Source: an uncultured Oscillospiraceae bacterium (GTDB taxonomy: Bacteria > Bacillota > Clostridia > Oscillospirales > Oscillospiraceae). Taken from it: a stretch of DNA of 64,000 nt. The notes under the pieces are model-generated. The model was not told the origin of the DNA and ran no database searches. It worked only from the letters and a program-made list of their open reading frames with translations. Shown piece after piece: positions 1-10,369 of the stretch; within the stretch, counting starts at the first letter, position 1; the number at the start of each line of letters is the position of its first letter. The position numbers were made by a program, and so were the translations under genes. The stretch lies in contig CAJUPS010000008.1 in the NCBI GenBank assembly GCA_910588045.1, positions 4,012-68,011 on the forward strand, written 5' to 3'.

Positions 1-11
1 AGAGGGAGCGC

Positions 12-1184
12 TTATTCTTCATCTTCGCCATCCTCCTCCAGAAGACTGACGTCTTCCAACTCGTCGTACTCCTCCGAGTAGGAGGAGTAGTCGCCGAACA
101 TGCCGGAGTATTGGCTCTTGTGCATGATATGGATGTCGTCCGGATTGAGGATGATCCCGATGGTCTCCCCCTCCGGATGGTAGTCCGTGGTCTGGATGAG
201 CCACTTAAAGCCCTTGAAATCCACGATGGTGTCGTAGTGGACACCCTTGAAGGTCACACTGGTAACGGTGCCCTTCAGCTGCCCCTTCTCCGGCGGAACG
301 ATGTCCACGTCCTCGGGCCGGATGACCACGTCCACCGGCTCCATGGGGGCAAACCCCTTGTCCAGGCACTTGAACTTCCGGTTGAAGAACTCCACCACGA
401 AGTCCTCGTGCATGACCCCATCGAGGATGTTGCTCTCCCCGATGAAGTCCGCCACGAAGGCATTCTTCGGCTCGTTGTAGATGTCCTCCGGGGTGCCGAT
501 CTGCTGGATGCGCCCGCCGTCCATGACCACGATGGTATCGCTCATAGCGAGCGCCTCCTCCTGGTCGTGGGTCACATAGATGAAGGTAATCCCCAGCTGC
601 TGTTGGATGCGCTTGAGCTCGCTCTGCATGTCCTTCCGCAGGCGCAGGTCCAGCGCCCCCAGCGGCTCGTCCAGGAGCAGCACCTTCGGGCGGTTCACCA
701 GGGCCCGGGCGATGGCCACCCGCTGCTGCTGCCCGCCGGAGAGCTCGGTGATGCGGCGGCTCTCGAAGCCCTTGAGGCTCACCACCTCCAGCATCTCCAA
801 CACCCGCTGCCGGATCTCCTCCTCCGAAATCTTGACCTTCCTCTTTCGTCCTCCCACCGTCTCCGTCTTGGGGACCCTGAGGCCGAAGGCCACGTTCTCA
901 AAGACGTTGAGGTGGGGAAACAGGGCGTAGCGCTGGAAGACAGTGTTCACCTGCCGCAGATTCGGCGGAATATCGTTAATCCTCACCCCGTCGAACAACA
1001 CTTCTCCCGAAGTGGGCGTCAAAAAGCCTCCAATGATGCGCAAGGTTGTCGTCTTGCCGCAGCCACTGGGTCCGAGCAGTGTGAGGAACTCACTGTCATT
1101 GAAATATAGGTTGATGTGATCGAGAACCAGCTCGCCGTCAAACGCCATGCAGCAATCTGCAAGGCTGATCAACTTTTTGGACAT
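12..1184 (-). CDS. potA: Spermidine/putrescine-type ABC importer ATP-binding subunit (PotA-like) with an acidic C-terminal tail
   Basis: ORF 12..1208 has Walker [10 protein letters not shown], signature LSGGQQQR and Walker B LLLDEP. Start moved to ATG 1184 (MSKKLISL...), which is preceded by a GGGGGAGG SD. Confidence 0.75.
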   Translation of the reverse strand: MSKKLISLADCCMAFDGELVLDHINLYFNDSEFLTLLGPSGCGKTTTLRIIGGFLTPTSGEVLFDGVRINDIPPNLRQVNTVFQRYALFPHLNVFENVAFGLRVPKTETVGGRKRKVKISEEEIRQRVLEMLEVVSLKGFESRRITELSGGQQQRVAIARALVNRPKVLLLDEPLGALDLRLRKDMQSELKRIQQQLGITFIYVTHDQEEALAMSDTIVVMDGGRIQQIGTPEDIYNEPKNAFVADFIGESNILDGVMHEDFVVEFFNRKFKCLDKGFAPMEPVDVVIRPEDVDIVPPEKGQLKGTVTSVTFKGVHYDTIVDFKGFKWLIQTTDYHPEGETIGIILNPDDIHIMHKSQYSGMFGDYSSYSEEYDELEDVSLLEEDGEDEE

Positions 1185-1240
1185 TATCCTCCCCCGTTCC
1201 TTTTCCATAAATTTGATGTCCTCTGCACATGCAGAAGCAT

Positions 1241-1288
1241 AGAAAAATTGCCTGTTTTCCTGAGTAACTTTCCCCCAGGAAAACAGGC
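1241..1288 (-). terminator. Rho-independent terminator downstream of the flavodoxin-like gene pair
   Basis: Perfect 13-bp stem GCCTGTTTTCCTG (1250-1262) / CAGGAAAACAGGC (1276-1288), followed on the minus strand by a T-rich run (1241-1249). Confidence 0.6.
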
Positions 1289-1362
1289 AAGCTAACTATA
1301 TCCGTTTTATGTCGAATTGTCAATGGGTAGGGGGAATTTTTTTAAGAAAATTTTGCACGGGA

Positions 1363-2028
1363 CTATAGTTGCCGGCTTGTTTCCCATACTTTTTCATCCA
1401 GCGGCACAGTGCACCCCCACGATGCCGCCACCTTCTGAAACATCTTTTTCCCAAGTGTTTTGTGTATCAACCCCATCAGCAGGCGCATAGGAAGCGGCAA
1501 ATATTCCGGGCCGGTAAATTTTTTCGCCTCCTCACGGAAGAAGCCGTCCCCCTCCGCAAAAAGTTTCCCCATCGCCTGATACGGTTTTGTGATCTGAGCC
1601 TTCTTCTCCTCCCCCAAAAGCCGGATTCCGAAATTATCTCCTTTTACCAGACAGCCGCCATAGCGGACGCCCAGATATTCCGGCAATTTTGCCAGAAACG
1701 CCTCGCCGCAGCGAAGCTGACACCCCTCCGCGAAGCCGCTCTGCAAAAGGAAGGAGAGCCTTGTATGCTCATCCTTTTCGGGGAGCGTCTCCAAAAATTC
1801 CAGCAGAAGTCCGGGCACGCATTCTACATATAGCGGCAGCGCAATAAGGATCTCGTCGTTTTTGATATAGGCGTCGCGGATAACGTCCCACGTTTTTCGG
1901 TTGGAGATCGCGTATGTTTCAAAGGTACTTCCTTTTTCTGACAGCCCCTTTGTGAAGGCGGCGATGATTTTCTCCGTGTTGCTGTATTTTTGTACCCGTG
2001 GACTTCCATTGATAATCACAACATGCAT
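1363..2028 (-). CDS. Flavodoxin-like fold NAD(P)H-dependent oxidoreductase
   Basis: N-terminus MHVVIINGSPR... is typical of the FMN-reductase/flavodoxin-like family. Overlaps the upstream paralog-like gene by 13 nt. Confidence 0.6.
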   Translation of the reverse strand: MHVVIINGSPRVQKYSNTEKIIAAFTKGLSEKGSTFETYAISNRKTWDVIRDAYIKNDEILIALPLYVECVPGLLLEFLETLPEKDEHTRLSFLLQSGFAEGCQLRCGEAFLAKLPEYLGVRYGGCLVKGDNFGIRLLGEEKKAQITKPYQAMGKLFAEGDGFFREEAKKFTGPEYLPLPMRLLMGLIHKTLGKKMFQKVAASWGCTVPLDEKVWETSRQL

Positions 2029-2528
2029 GAGACCGCCTCCTTCCCGCTGCTTTCAGAAAAGACTCCCAGGGAGCGGCTCCCGATATTCAGCGCGGTACGC
2101 TGACACCACCGTTCAAGGTAAGCCTGGTCGCCGTCTCCGGTATAGATGATCCCAATGTCCGGCTGGTGGTCATAGCGCATGACATGACGCATTTGCCCAT
2201 CCGTGAATTTCAGATACATGGTGACCAGCGGCATGATCCTGTCTACAATGTTCTTGGTCTGCCAGGAAACAAATCCAAAGTGCGTATCCGTAACCAGCCA
2301 GACCTGGTCCGCTCCGCTCATTTTTCTCAGGATCGGCTCATAGTCGTCCTGAATGGCACAAACTCCCGGCGTTTTCAGCCAGCAGTAATTACACCCGACA
2401 CAGTGCGAAATGCGCATTCCCGCCGTATCAATCCGCTCAAATCCGGCTGTACTTTTACCTCTGCAAAGCAATTCCTCCTCTATCCCTTTTCCTATATGCC
2501 TTGCCGTTGTATCAACCAATAAAACCAC
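2016..2528 (-). CDS. Flavodoxin-like / iron-sulfur flavoprotein-like protein
   Basis: 170-aa ORF with the Cys cluster HCVGCNYCWLKTPGVC and a flavodoxin-like layout. Translationally coupled to 1363..2028. Confidence 0.55.
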   Translation of the reverse strand: MVLLVDTTARHIGKGIEEELLCRGKSTAGFERIDTAGMRISHCVGCNYCWLKTPGVCAIQDDYEPILRKMSGADQVWLVTDTHFGFVSWQTKNIVDRIMPLVTMYLKFTDGQMRHVMRYDHQPDIGIIYTGDGDQAYLERWCQRTALNIGSRSLGVFSESSGKEAVSCML

Positions 2529-2552
2529 TATACTTTTCCCTTTCTGTAAGCG

Positions 2553-4436
2553 TCACGCCCGCAGGCTCAGCTCCGCCTTGAACAGGTCCCCATCCACGTA
2601 CAGCTCAAACCCGCCGCCCATGAGGTCCATGAGGCTCCGGGCGATGTTCAGCCCCAGGCCGCTGCCCTCGGTGTGCCGGGAGGCGTCGCCCCGGACAAAG
2701 CGCTCCATGAGTTCCTCGGCGGACACGTTCAGCGGGTCCCGCGAGATGTTCTTCATGGACAGATACACCCGCCCATCCCGGGCGGCCAGGTCCACGTAGA
2801 CCCGGGTCCCCGCCATTGCGTACTTGCACACATTACTCAGCAGGTTATCCAGTACCCTCCATAGGAGACGCCCGTCCGCCAGGGCCATCAGGTTGCCCTC
2901 GTAGGTGTTGACGATGACCTCCAGCTTCCCCGCCGCCAGCTTTTCATCGTAGTCCCCGACGGCCTGGTGGATGATCTCGTTGACCACGATGGGCTCCAGG
3001 CTCACCGTCATGTTCCCCGTGGACGCCTTGCTGGCCTCCACCAGATCCTCCGCCAGCTTCTTGAGCCGGTGGGACTGCCGGTCCAGCACCTGCAAATACT
3101 CCTGCGCGGCGGGCGGCAGCTCCTCCTTTTTCAGCAGGTCCACATAGTTGACTATGCTGGTGAGGGGGGTCTTGATGTCGTGGGAGACGTTGGTGATGAG
3201 CTCGGTCTTCAGCCGCTCGCTCTTCAGGCGCTGCTCCACGGCCTTGTTCATGCCCACGCCAATGGCGTTGAGGTCCTCCCCGTGGCGCTTGACGTCAAAG
3301 TACATCTTCTCGGTGTCCAGCTGGGCATCCAGGTCTCCGGCCGCCAGGGCGGACCCCATATCGCAGACCTTTTGCAGTTGGAGGGACAGCCACGCCGCCC
3401 CCACCACCAGGACCGCGTCCAGCGCCACCGCCATCAGGAGGAAAAAAAAGCTCTCGTAGGTCTCCAGAATCAGCATGACCAGGATGGATTGTACGCCCAG
3501 TATGCCCAGCACCGCCAGGATCACCCGCCAGGTCATGGGCAGGATGCGCACCAGCTCCATAAAGGCCCGCCAGCACCGCTTCCAGGTCCGCACGCTCCAG
3601 CGGCACAGCCGCCATACCACGGTGTTGCGCCACCACTTGCCCTTTTTGAACCGGGTGGCCAGGGTCAGCAGCGTGGCCAGGGTGACCGCCGCGCAGAAGA
3701 AGATGGACAGGCAAAGCATAGCGATTTCCAGGGCGATGGGCGCTCCGCTTCCGGTTGCCCCCGGAATCATGGCGGCACAGAATATTCCCACCGCTATGCA
3801 CAGGTACAGATCCAGGGGGATCCGGTCCTGCCAGTTGAGGGAAACCCCCTCCTTCCCCGCCTTGTGCCCGGCGGCGCAAAAGAGGAACACCAGCGCCGCG
3901 AGCACCAAGGCATACAGCAGCACCGTCAGCACCACCGTCATGCCAAAGGGCAGCGCGTGGAGCCGGTTGTACATACTCAGCCGCACGGAGAAGCCGCTGC
4001 CGGAGGGCAGGTTCCGGGCGACATAGCCCTTGACGGTGAAGACCGCCCCGTCCCGGCGGAGGGTCTCCGAGGCGGCGGCGAGAGGCGAGGCGGGGACCTC
4101 GCCCCAGGTGCCCACCAGCGCGCCGTTCGCGTCGTAGACCTGGGCGGAGAAGCCCCCCAGCCGCTCCAGCTCGTACTGGGCGTTATAGCCGTAATAGATG
4201 TAGCCGTCGTAGACCTCGCTCTCGCTGAGCGTATAGTCCAGGGCCCAGCCCATGGCATCGCTCATGGCGTTTTTGCACAGCAAATCATTCTGAAATTTGT
4301 CCGCCGTGCCATAGCCGAAGCAGATATACGTCACAGAGAAGGAGCCCAGCACCGCCCCCGCCGTAGCCGCGAAAAGCAGCAGGATGGCGGCGCACTTCGC
4401 CACGAGGCTCTGCCGCAGGTCCTTTTTCTTTTCCAT
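2553..4436 (-). CDS. Membrane sensor histidine kinase (HisKA + HATPase_c)
   Basis: 627 aa with several TM segments, an H-box ITNVSHDIKTPLTSI, and N/G boxes (LLSNVCKYA, GSGLGLNIARSL). Sits directly downstream of an OmpR-type regulator gene. Confidence 0.85.
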   Translation of the reverse strand: MEKKKDLRQSLVAKCAAILLLFAATAGAVLGSFSVTYICFGYGTADKFQNDLLCKNAMSDAMGWALDYTLSESEVYDGYIYYGYNAQYELERLGGFSAQVYDANGALVGTWGEVPASPLAAASETLRRDGAVFTVKGYVARNLPSGSGFSVRLSMYNRLHALPFGMTVVLTVLLYALVLAALVFLFCAAGHKAGKEGVSLNWQDRIPLDLYLCIAVGIFCAAMIPGATGSGAPIALEIAMLCLSIFFCAAVTLATLLTLATRFKKGKWWRNTVVWRLCRWSVRTWKRCWRAFMELVRILPMTWRVILAVLGILGVQSILVMLILETYESFFFLLMAVALDAVLVVGAAWLSLQLQKVCDMGSALAAGDLDAQLDTEKMYFDVKRHGEDLNAIGVGMNKAVEQRLKSERLKTELITNVSHDIKTPLTSIVNYVDLLKKEELPPAAQEYLQVLDRQSHRLKKLAEDLVEASKASTGNMTVSLEPIVVNEIIHQAVGDYDEKLAAGKLEVIVNTYEGNLMALADGRLLWRVLDNLLSNVCKYAMAGTRVYVDLAARDGRVYLSMKNISRDPLNVSAEELMERFVRGDASRHTEGSGLGLNIARSLMDLMGGGFELYVDGDLFKAELSLRA

Positions 4437-4476
4437 GCCGATCCCTTCTTTCCGCCGCCGGGCGCAGAGCGCCCTT

Positions 4477-5163
4477 CTACGGCTCCATTTTATACCCCAG
4501 ACCCCATACCACCTTCAAGTACCGGGGGTTGGAGGGGTCGATCTCCAGCTTCTCCCGCAGGTGCCGGATGTGGACCGCCACCGCCCCCTCGGACCCGAAG
4601 GCCGTCTCATTCCACACCTGCTCATAGATCTGGGAGGAGGAGTATACCCGTCCCGGGTGGCGCATGAGGAGCAGGAGGATGTTGTACTCAATGGGAGTCA
4701 GATTCACCGCCTCGCCGTCCACGGTGACCATTTTGGTCTCGTCGTCCAGGGCGATGGTGCCGATCACCAGCTTGCTGGGCTTCTGCTCCATGCCGCCCAG
4801 GGTGGTATAGCGCCGCAGCTGGGAGCGCACCCGGGCCAGGACCTCGATGGGATTGAAGGGCTTGGTGATGTAGTCGTCCGCGCCCACGTTCAGGCCCAGC
4901 ACCTTGTCGGTATCCTCGCTCTTAGCGGTGAGGAGAATGATGGGAATATTGTAGTCCTCCCGCAGCTTGGCGGTGGCGGAGATGCCGTCCATTTCCGGCA
5001 TCATGATGTCCATGAGGATGAGATGGATCTCGTTTTTCCTGACGATCTCCATGGCCTCCCGGCCGGTGTATGCCTCAAAAAGCGTGTATCCCTCGGTGCT
5101 GAGATATATTTTCAGAGCGGAGACAATGTCTCTCTCGTCGTCGCAGATCAAGATATTGGCCAT
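4477..5163 (-). CDS. OmpR/PhoB-family response regulator
   Basis: Receiver motifs (ILICDDE, LILMDIMMPEMDG, LTAKS) plus a winged-helix C-terminus (YLKVVWGLGYKM). Confidence 0.9.
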   Translation of the reverse strand: MANILICDDERDIVSALKIYLSTEGYTLFEAYTGREAMEIVRKNEIHLILMDIMMPEMDGISATAKLREDYNIPIILLTAKSEDTDKVLGLNVGADDYITKPFNPIEVLARVRSQLRRYTTLGGMEQKPSKLVIGTIALDDETKMVTVDGEAVNLTPIEYNILLLLMRHPGRVYSSSQIYEQVWNETAFGSEGAVAVHIRHLREKLEIDPSNPRYLKVVWGLGYKMEP

Positions 5164-5297
5164 AATTGTTTTCCACCTTTCTTGAAATATTTTAGCATAA
5201 AATCTTTCAAAAAGGAAGAACCGGGTGTTTAAGACATCCTTAAGATTTATGGAACGGCCCCTAAAGCGCCGGGGCCTCGTTCTTCCGCCAGGCAGAA

Positions 5298-5333
5298 GGG
5301 CCCCGGAGAAATCGGATGATTTCTCCGGGGCCC
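5298..5333 (-). terminator. GC-rich hairpin downstream of the flavin oxidoreductase gene (possible terminator)
   Basis: 16-bp stem GGGCCCCGGAGAAATC / GATTTCTCCGGGGCCC with a GGAT loop, 30 bp after the stop at 5363. There is no clear T-run. Confidence 0.3.
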
Positions 5334-5362
5334 CTGGTCACAGGGTGTTGCTGAACAGACCC

Positions 5363-7309
5363 TTATACGTCCATCGCCGCGTGGTAGCCCCAGTAGACGG
5401 CGTTGGTGATGGTAGACACCCGGGAGGCGTCGCCGATGACACGGACGAAGGGGGCAGCGTCCTGGAGCGCCTCCACCACATCGGTGCGGCTCTTCTGACC
5501 CAGGGCGCAGATCACGCTCCCGCCGGGGATCAGGACCTCGCTGCCGTCGGGAGACGCACACACCACGCCCTCCTCGGTGACCCGCAGGGCCTTGTGGCCG
5601 GTGTGGACCGTGACGTACTTCTCAATCTCCTTGAGCAGCAGGGGACGGTGGCGAACATTGGCGTCGGGGGCCAACACGTCCCGCATCTCCACCAGGTGGA
5701 CGCGCTTGCCCTCCATGCCCAGGTGGATGGCGCACTCGCAGCCCGCCAGGCCGCCGCCCATGACCACGACCTCGTTCCCCACCTTGTCCTTCTCCAGATA
5801 GTAGTCGTTGACCACCGCCACGTTGTCCCCCCTCAAGCCGGGGATGGGGGGAACCAGGGGCGCGGAACCCGCGGCGATGATGAGGGCATCCGGGGCCTCC
5901 CGTTCCACATATTCCCGGGTGACCTCCGTATGCAGGCGGACCTCCACCCCGGCGTCCTTCGCCAGCTTGGCGTAGGTGCCCGCCAGGCGGTACATATCGT
6001 ACTTGAAGGGCAGGGCCTGCTCGCTTCTGAGGATGCCGCCCAGCTCGCCCTCCTTCTCGCACAGGATGACCCGGTGTCGCCGGCGGGCGGCGGTGTAGGC
6101 GGCGTACAGACCGCCGGGACCTCCTCCGGCCACCAGGACCTTCTTCTTCACCGGCGCGGGATAGACCACGTCGCCCTCGCACTCCCGGCCAATCAGAGGA
6201 TTGACCGTGCAGCGGCGGGTGGCGGTGGCGGCGCGCTCCGCCATGCAGGTGAAGCAGCGCAGACAGCGGACGATGTCCTCGTCTTTGTTGGCCATGACCT
6301 TGTTGGGCAGGTACGGGTCCGCCAGCAGGGCCCGGCCCATGTAGACGATGTCGGCCTTCCCGGAAGCGACGATCTCCTCCATCTGCGCCGGGTCGTTGAG
6401 CCCGCCCAGGGTGGCTACGGGCTTGCTGACGTGCTTTTTGATCTCCGCGGCCAGGAAGACGTTCCGGCCGTGCTCGGTGAACATGGACGGGTGGGTGATG
6501 CCGAAGGTCTTCTGGTATGTACCGGCGGAGACGTGGATCAGGTCCACGTAGGGCTCGATCATCTGAGCGATGCGCACGCCCTCGTCCAGGTCGTAGCCCT
6601 CCTCCACGAACTCCGCGCCGCTCATGCGGAACTCGATGGGGAAGAAGGGCCCCACGGCCTCCCGCACGGACTGGAGCACCTCGACAGCCAGGCGGCAGCG
6701 GTTTTCCAGGGAGCCGCCGTACTCGTCGGTGCGCTTGTTGAACATGGGGGAGAGGAACTGGTTGATGAGCCAGCCGTGTCCGCCGTGGATCATCAGTATC
6801 TCGAAGCCCGCCCGCTTGGCCAGGCCCGCCACGTGGCCGTAGGAGGCCACGATGTCCGCGATCATCTCCTTCGTCAGCGCCTTGACCTCCACGCCGTCGG
6901 CGCGGACCGTGTCGGAGGGGCCCCACTGGTTCATGGACTTCTGCCGGGACTTGTCCGTCATGTAGGTCCCGGCGAACATGCCGGAGTGGCTGAGTTCCAG
7001 GCTGGGGATGGCCCCGTGGCGGCGGATGGCGTCGGCGGTGTAGGTGGCGCAGGCCAGGGAGTTGAGGATGCTCTCATCCAGGTGGTAGGCGTGGGAGCCG
7101 TCGGTGGCAGGGTGGACCATGCACTCCGAGACGGTGACCGCCGCCGCGCCGCCCTTGGCCCGCAGCTCATAGAACGCGGTGGACTTCGGGCCGATACAGC
7201 CGTCGTTGGTGATGTCCGTACCGCCCATGGGAGCGGAGAACATCCGGCTGCGGAAGGTCGTCCGGCCCAGGGTGATGGGGGAACAGAGATGGGGATATTT
7301 GCGTTCCAT
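5363..7309 (-). CDS. Old-yellow-enzyme-type FMN oxidoreductase fused to an FAD/NAD(P)-binding domain (2,4-dienoyl-CoA / enoate reductase family)
   Basis: 648 aa with an N-terminal OYE-like TIM-barrel region, a Cys cluster CLRCFTCMAE...RRCTVNP, and two dinucleotide folds (VLVAGGGPGG, VVVMGGGLAG). Confidence 0.8.
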   Translation of the reverse strand: MERKYPHLCSPITLGRTTFRSRMFSAPMGGTDITNDGCIGPKSTAFYELRAKGGAAAVTVSECMVHPATDGSHAYHLDESILNSLACATYTADAIRRHGAIPSLELSHSGMFAGTYMTDKSRQKSMNQWGPSDTVRADGVEVKALTKEMIADIVASYGHVAGLAKRAGFEILMIHGGHGWLINQFLSPMFNKRTDEYGGSLENRCRLAVEVLQSVREAVGPFFPIEFRMSGAEFVEEGYDLDEGVRIAQMIEPYVDLIHVSAGTYQKTFGITHPSMFTEHGRNVFLAAEIKKHVSKPVATLGGLNDPAQMEEIVASGKADIVYMGRALLADPYLPNKVMANKDEDIVRCLRCFTCMAERAATATRRCTVNPLIGRECEGDVVYPAPVKKKVLVAGGGPGGLYAAYTAARRRHRVILCEKEGELGGILRSEQALPFKYDMYRLAGTYAKLAKDAGVEVRLHTEVTREYVEREAPDALIIAAGSAPLVPPIPGLRGDNVAVVNDYYLEKDKVGNEVVVMGGGLAGCECAIHLGMEGKRVHLVEMRDVLAPDANVRHRPLLLKEIEKYVTVHTGHKALRVTEEGVVCASPDGSEVLIPGGSVICALGQKSRTDVVEALQDAAPFVRVIGDASRVSTITNAVYWGYHAAMDV

Positions 7310-7515
7310 TGTGAAAACCTCCTGATTTATAAAGTACCTTGCCTCCTATTATAAGGGAATATTCCACAAAAAGCCAGTCTTTTTCCAGCAACAAGCGAAG
7401 CTTTTTCGCTTCGCCTGACTGTCCGCCCGCAGGAGCTGAAAAAGCTCTTGGCGGCGCTCCGCTTTTCTGTTATGATATAGGAAGCCTGAGATTCAGTAAA
7501 AGGAGGCATTCTCCC

Positions 7516-8190
7516 ATGTACAACATCCTGCTCATTGAAGATGATGTCGATATAAACGGCTCTACCGCCACCTACCTGCGGCGGCTGGGCTGTTTGTGTA
7601 CCCAGGCATATTCCGGCACCGAGGGGCTGCTCCTCTGGCGGGAGGGCGGCTTTGACCTGCTGCTGGTGGACCGGATGCTCCCGGGGCTGTCCGGCGACGA
7701 TCTGATCGCGGAGGTCCGGCGGACCAGTCAGGTCCCTGTGATCGTACTCTCCGCCCGGGCCGATCTGTCCGGGAAAGTCGATTTGCTCTGCTCCGGCGCG
7801 GACGACTACCTGACCAAGCCCTTCCAGCTGGAGGAGCTGTGGGCCAGGATTCAGGTGCAGCTGCGCCACGCCCGGGCCGTTCCCTCCCGGGAGACGCTGC
7901 GCTTCAGGGACTGGGCGCTGAACCTCGGGGAGATGACCCTGACGGCGGCGGGCCGACCGGTGAGCCTCACCGCCCACGAGTTCAAAATCGTGGAACTCCT
8001 GGCGGGCCGCCCCAGGCAGGTCTTTACCAAGCAGCAGATCTACGAGGCGGTCTGGCAGGAGGCATACGCCGTGGAGGATAAGACCATCGCCGTACACATC
8101 AGCAACATCCGGGCCAAGCTCCGGCCCAGCGGCACCGACGGGTATATCCAGACCGTGTGGGGAATCGGGTTCAAGCTGGCGGAGGAGTAA
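7516..8190 (+). CDS. OmpR-family response regulator (first gene of a split TCS-ABC module)
   Basis: ATG 7516 (MYNILLIEDD) has AGGAGG 9 nt upstream. Receiver plus winged helix (IQTVWGIGFKL). The upstream extension given in the ORF track was rejected. Confidence 0.85.
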   Translation: MYNILLIEDDVDINGSTATYLRRLGCLCTQAYSGTEGLLLWREGGFDLLLVDRMLPGLSGDDLIAEVRRTSQVPVIVLSARADLSGKVDLLCSGADDYLTKPFQLEELWARIQVQLRHARAVPSRETLRFRDWALNLGEMTLTAAGRPVSLTAHEFKIVELLAGRPRQVFTKQQIYEAVWQEAYAVEDKTIAVHISNIRAKLRPSGTDGYIQTVWGIGFKLAEE

Positions 8191-8276
8191 ACTTTATACT
8201 TTCTTTACCTTTCCTTTGCGAAGTTTGGGCATTTATCTGTCAGACTGGGCCTGCAAACAAAAAAGGAGGCTTTTCT

Positions 8277-9188
8277 ATGGCAGTGATACAAACGACGGGC
8301 CTGTCCAAGCGGTATCGGGACAAATGGGCCGTGGACCATCTGGACCTGCAAGTGGAGCAGGGGGACATCTACGGCTTCATCGGTCAAAACGGCGCGGGCA
8401 AGTCCACCACCCTGAAGCTCTTATGCGGCCTGGCCCGCCCCACCCAGGGGGAGGCCCTGATCTTCGGCAAGCCCCTCCGGGATACGGTGGCCCGCCGCCG
8501 GGTGGGGGCCCTCATCGAGCAGCCGGGGCTGTACCCGGATCAGAGCGGGCGGGAAAACCTGCGGCTGTACGCCACGCTGCTGGGTCTGGACAGCCCGGAA
8601 CGGCAGGTGGATGGCATTCTGGAGACGGTGGGGCTATCCTCCGGCGAGAAAAAACCGGTGAAGCACTACTCCATGGGCATGAAGCAGCGTCTGGGGGTAG
8701 CCTTGGCCCTGCTGGGCGGGCCGGACCTGCTGCTGCTGGACGAGCCCATCAACGGCCTGGACCCGGAGGGCATCCGGGAGATGCGGGAGCTGCTGCTGCG
8801 GCTGAACCGGGAGCGGGGACTGACCATTCTGGTGAGCTCCCACATCCTGGGTGAACTGAGCAAGATCGCCACCCGCTACGGGATCATCCAGAACGGTCGG
8901 ATGGTGGAGCAGATCACCGCCGCCGAGCTTGCGCAGAAGTGCGCCGACTACCTGCACCTGAAAACGGACCAGCCCCGGAAGGCGGCGGCCCTGCTGGAGC
9001 GGGAACTCCATCTCCAGCGCTGGGAGATGCGCCCGGAGGGGGAGATTCGGATCTATGAATCCGTGGACGCCAAAACCGTGGGGCAGCTTCTGACCCAGGC
9101 GGGTATCGTAGTCGAGGAGATGGGCCTGCACCGGCAGGACCTGGAGGGCTATTTTCTGGAGCGCATGGGAGGGGAGAAACATGTTTAA
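8277..9188 (+). CDS. ABC transporter ATP-binding protein (ABC-2 / lantibiotic-bacitracin-immunity type)
   Basis: ATG 8277 follows AAGGAGG. Walker A GQNGAGKST, signature YSMGMKQRL, Walker B LLLLDEP. Confidence 0.85.
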   Translation: MAVIQTTGLSKRYRDKWAVDHLDLQVEQGDIYGFIGQNGAGKSTTLKLLCGLARPTQGEALIFGKPLRDTVARRRVGALIEQPGLYPDQSGRENLRLYATLLGLDSPERQVDGILETVGLSSGEKKPVKHYSMGMKQRLGVALALLGGPDLLLLDEPINGLDPEGIREMRELLLRLNRERGLTILVSSHILGELSKIATRYGIIQNGRMVEQITAAELAQKCADYLHLKTDQPRKAAALLERELHLQRWEMRPEGEIRIYESVDAKTVGQLLTQAGIVVEEMGLHRQDLEGYFLERMGGEKHV

Positions 9189-9987
9189 TCTGGTAAAAAT
9201 GGACGTCCGGCGGCTGTTCCGGAGCCACAGCTTTTATATCACCCTGGGCGTGACGGCGGCGCTGATCCTGGGGCTGGTGGCGCTGGTTGCCACCATGACC
9301 GACCAACGGACGCTGGACGCCATGGCGTCCCAGGGGATGGAGGTTGAGGAGTCCGACTACGAGATGAAGGCGGAGCTGAATAGCATGACCCAGCTGGACT
9401 TTGCCCACGAGTGCCTGGGCAGCGGCTTTCTGCTGCTGTTGACCGGGATCGGCGTGACCCTCTTCATCCACAGCGATTTCTCCAGCGGATTTGTGAAAAA
9501 TCTCTGCTTCGCCCGGCCCCGCCGGTGGGAATATGTCCTCTCCAAGGTGCTGGCAGTCGGGGTTTACAGCGGCGTTATCAACCTCCTGGGCATTCTGCTC
9601 TCGCTGGTATGCCCGGTCCTGTTCGGCCTTCACCCCGTGGCCAGCTCTGTTGGAAGCATTTTGCAGTACGCTTTCTGGTTGTGGCTGCCCGCCTGGGCCT
9701 TTGGGCTGATGGCCCTGGCGCTGGTGGTGCTCACGCGCAGCTCCACCCTGGCCATTGTGATGTCGGTGATTTCCGGCGGCGGCGTGACCGTGGCGGTGCT
9801 GCGCACCGTATGCGGACAGCTGGGCTGGCCCGCTCTGGAGCAATACCTGCTCAGTTACGTGGCGCAGTACCTGTGCGCTCCCGGTCTGGGTACGTCCCAG
9901 ATCACCATGATCCTGGCCTGCTCCATCGGCTGGGCCGCCGTGTACGCGGCGGGTAGCCTGCTGGCGATGGAGAAGCGGGACATTTAG
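9181..9987 (+). CDS. ABC-2-type transporter permease
   Basis: 268-aa polytopic membrane protein that overlaps the ATPase stop by 8 nt. Confidence 0.7.
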   Translation: MFNLVKMDVRRLFRSHSFYITLGVTAALILGLVALVATMTDQRTLDAMASQGMEVEESDYEMKAELNSMTQLDFAHECLGSGFLLLLTGIGVTLFIHSDFSSGFVKNLCFARPRRWEYVLSKVLAVGVYSGVINLLGILLSLVCPVLFGLHPVASSVGSILQYAFWLWLPAWAFGLMALALVVLTRSSTLAIVMSVISGGGVTVAVLRTVCGQLGWPALEQYLLSYVAQYLCAPGLGTSQITMILACSIGWAAVYAAGSLLAMEKRDI

Positions 9988-10002
9988 CGAGGAGGATTTG
10001 AC

Positions 10003-10317
10003 ATGAAAATCGTATTGGCCGTGGTCAGCATCCTGTTTGCCGCCCTGTCCGCCTTCGCGGCACTGAGCCAGCTGACCAGGGATGAACAAAGGGGTTCCCA
10101 CCTCCTTATGGCGTTGGGCGCGCTCCTGCTTGCAGTTGCCGCCCTTGGCCTGCTGCTGGACTGGCAGGGGAGGGTCCTCAACGCTTCTCTCGGCTGCGCC
10201 ATGATCTGCGCCACCGCCCTCTGGAACGGGAAAAAGAGGGGGACGCTCCACCCGCGCCACCACGTCGTCCGGATCGCCCTGTCTCTGGCCCTTGTGGCGG
10301 GCTTCCTCCTTCTCTGA
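10003..10317 (+). CDS. Small hydrophobic membrane protein (about 4 TM), unknown function
   Basis: AGGAGG lies 7 nt upstream of ATG 10003. 104 aa, almost entirely TM helices. Sits between the permease and the kinase. Confidence 0.6.
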   Translation: MKIVLAVVSILFAALSAFAALSQLTRDEQRGSHLLMALGALLLAVAALGLLLDWQGRVLNASLGCAMICATALWNGKKRGTLHPRHHVVRIALSLALVAGFLLL

Positions 10318-10369
10318 CCAGTCCACCGACCCCAAAAAATCGACCGCTCAACGCAAGGAGGAATGTTCC

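Noticed and set aside
12-110. Acidic C-terminal tail of PotA (…[24 protein letters not shown]), considered as a possible fused or frameshifted gene end.
   Set aside because: The frame is continuous with the TOBE-like domain and ends at a normal stop. I have no evidence of a frameshift, so I treat it as a lineage-specific low-complexity extension.
111-1109. 332-aa plus-strand ORF antisense to potA. Similar long antisense ORFs include 2967..4667, 5225..7354, 13429..14850, 16105..18009, 18530..21118, 25793..26893, 26881..28527, 30963..33767, 34469..36535, 38089..39450, 42813..44393, 46040..48100, 49756..51813, 52072..53220, 54975..56612, 56584..57951 and 62548..63609.
   Set aside because: These are shadow ORFs typical of high-GC DNA. 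They lie antisense to genes with unmistakable conserved motifs, have extreme R/G/P/A/H/L composition, and lack any SD or family motif.
7327-8097. 256-aa minus-strand ORF overlapping the response regulator at 7516..8190.
   Set aside because: The regulator on the plus strand has canonical receiver and winged-helix motifs and an AGGAGG SD. The minus-strand product is Gly/Pro/Arg-rich.
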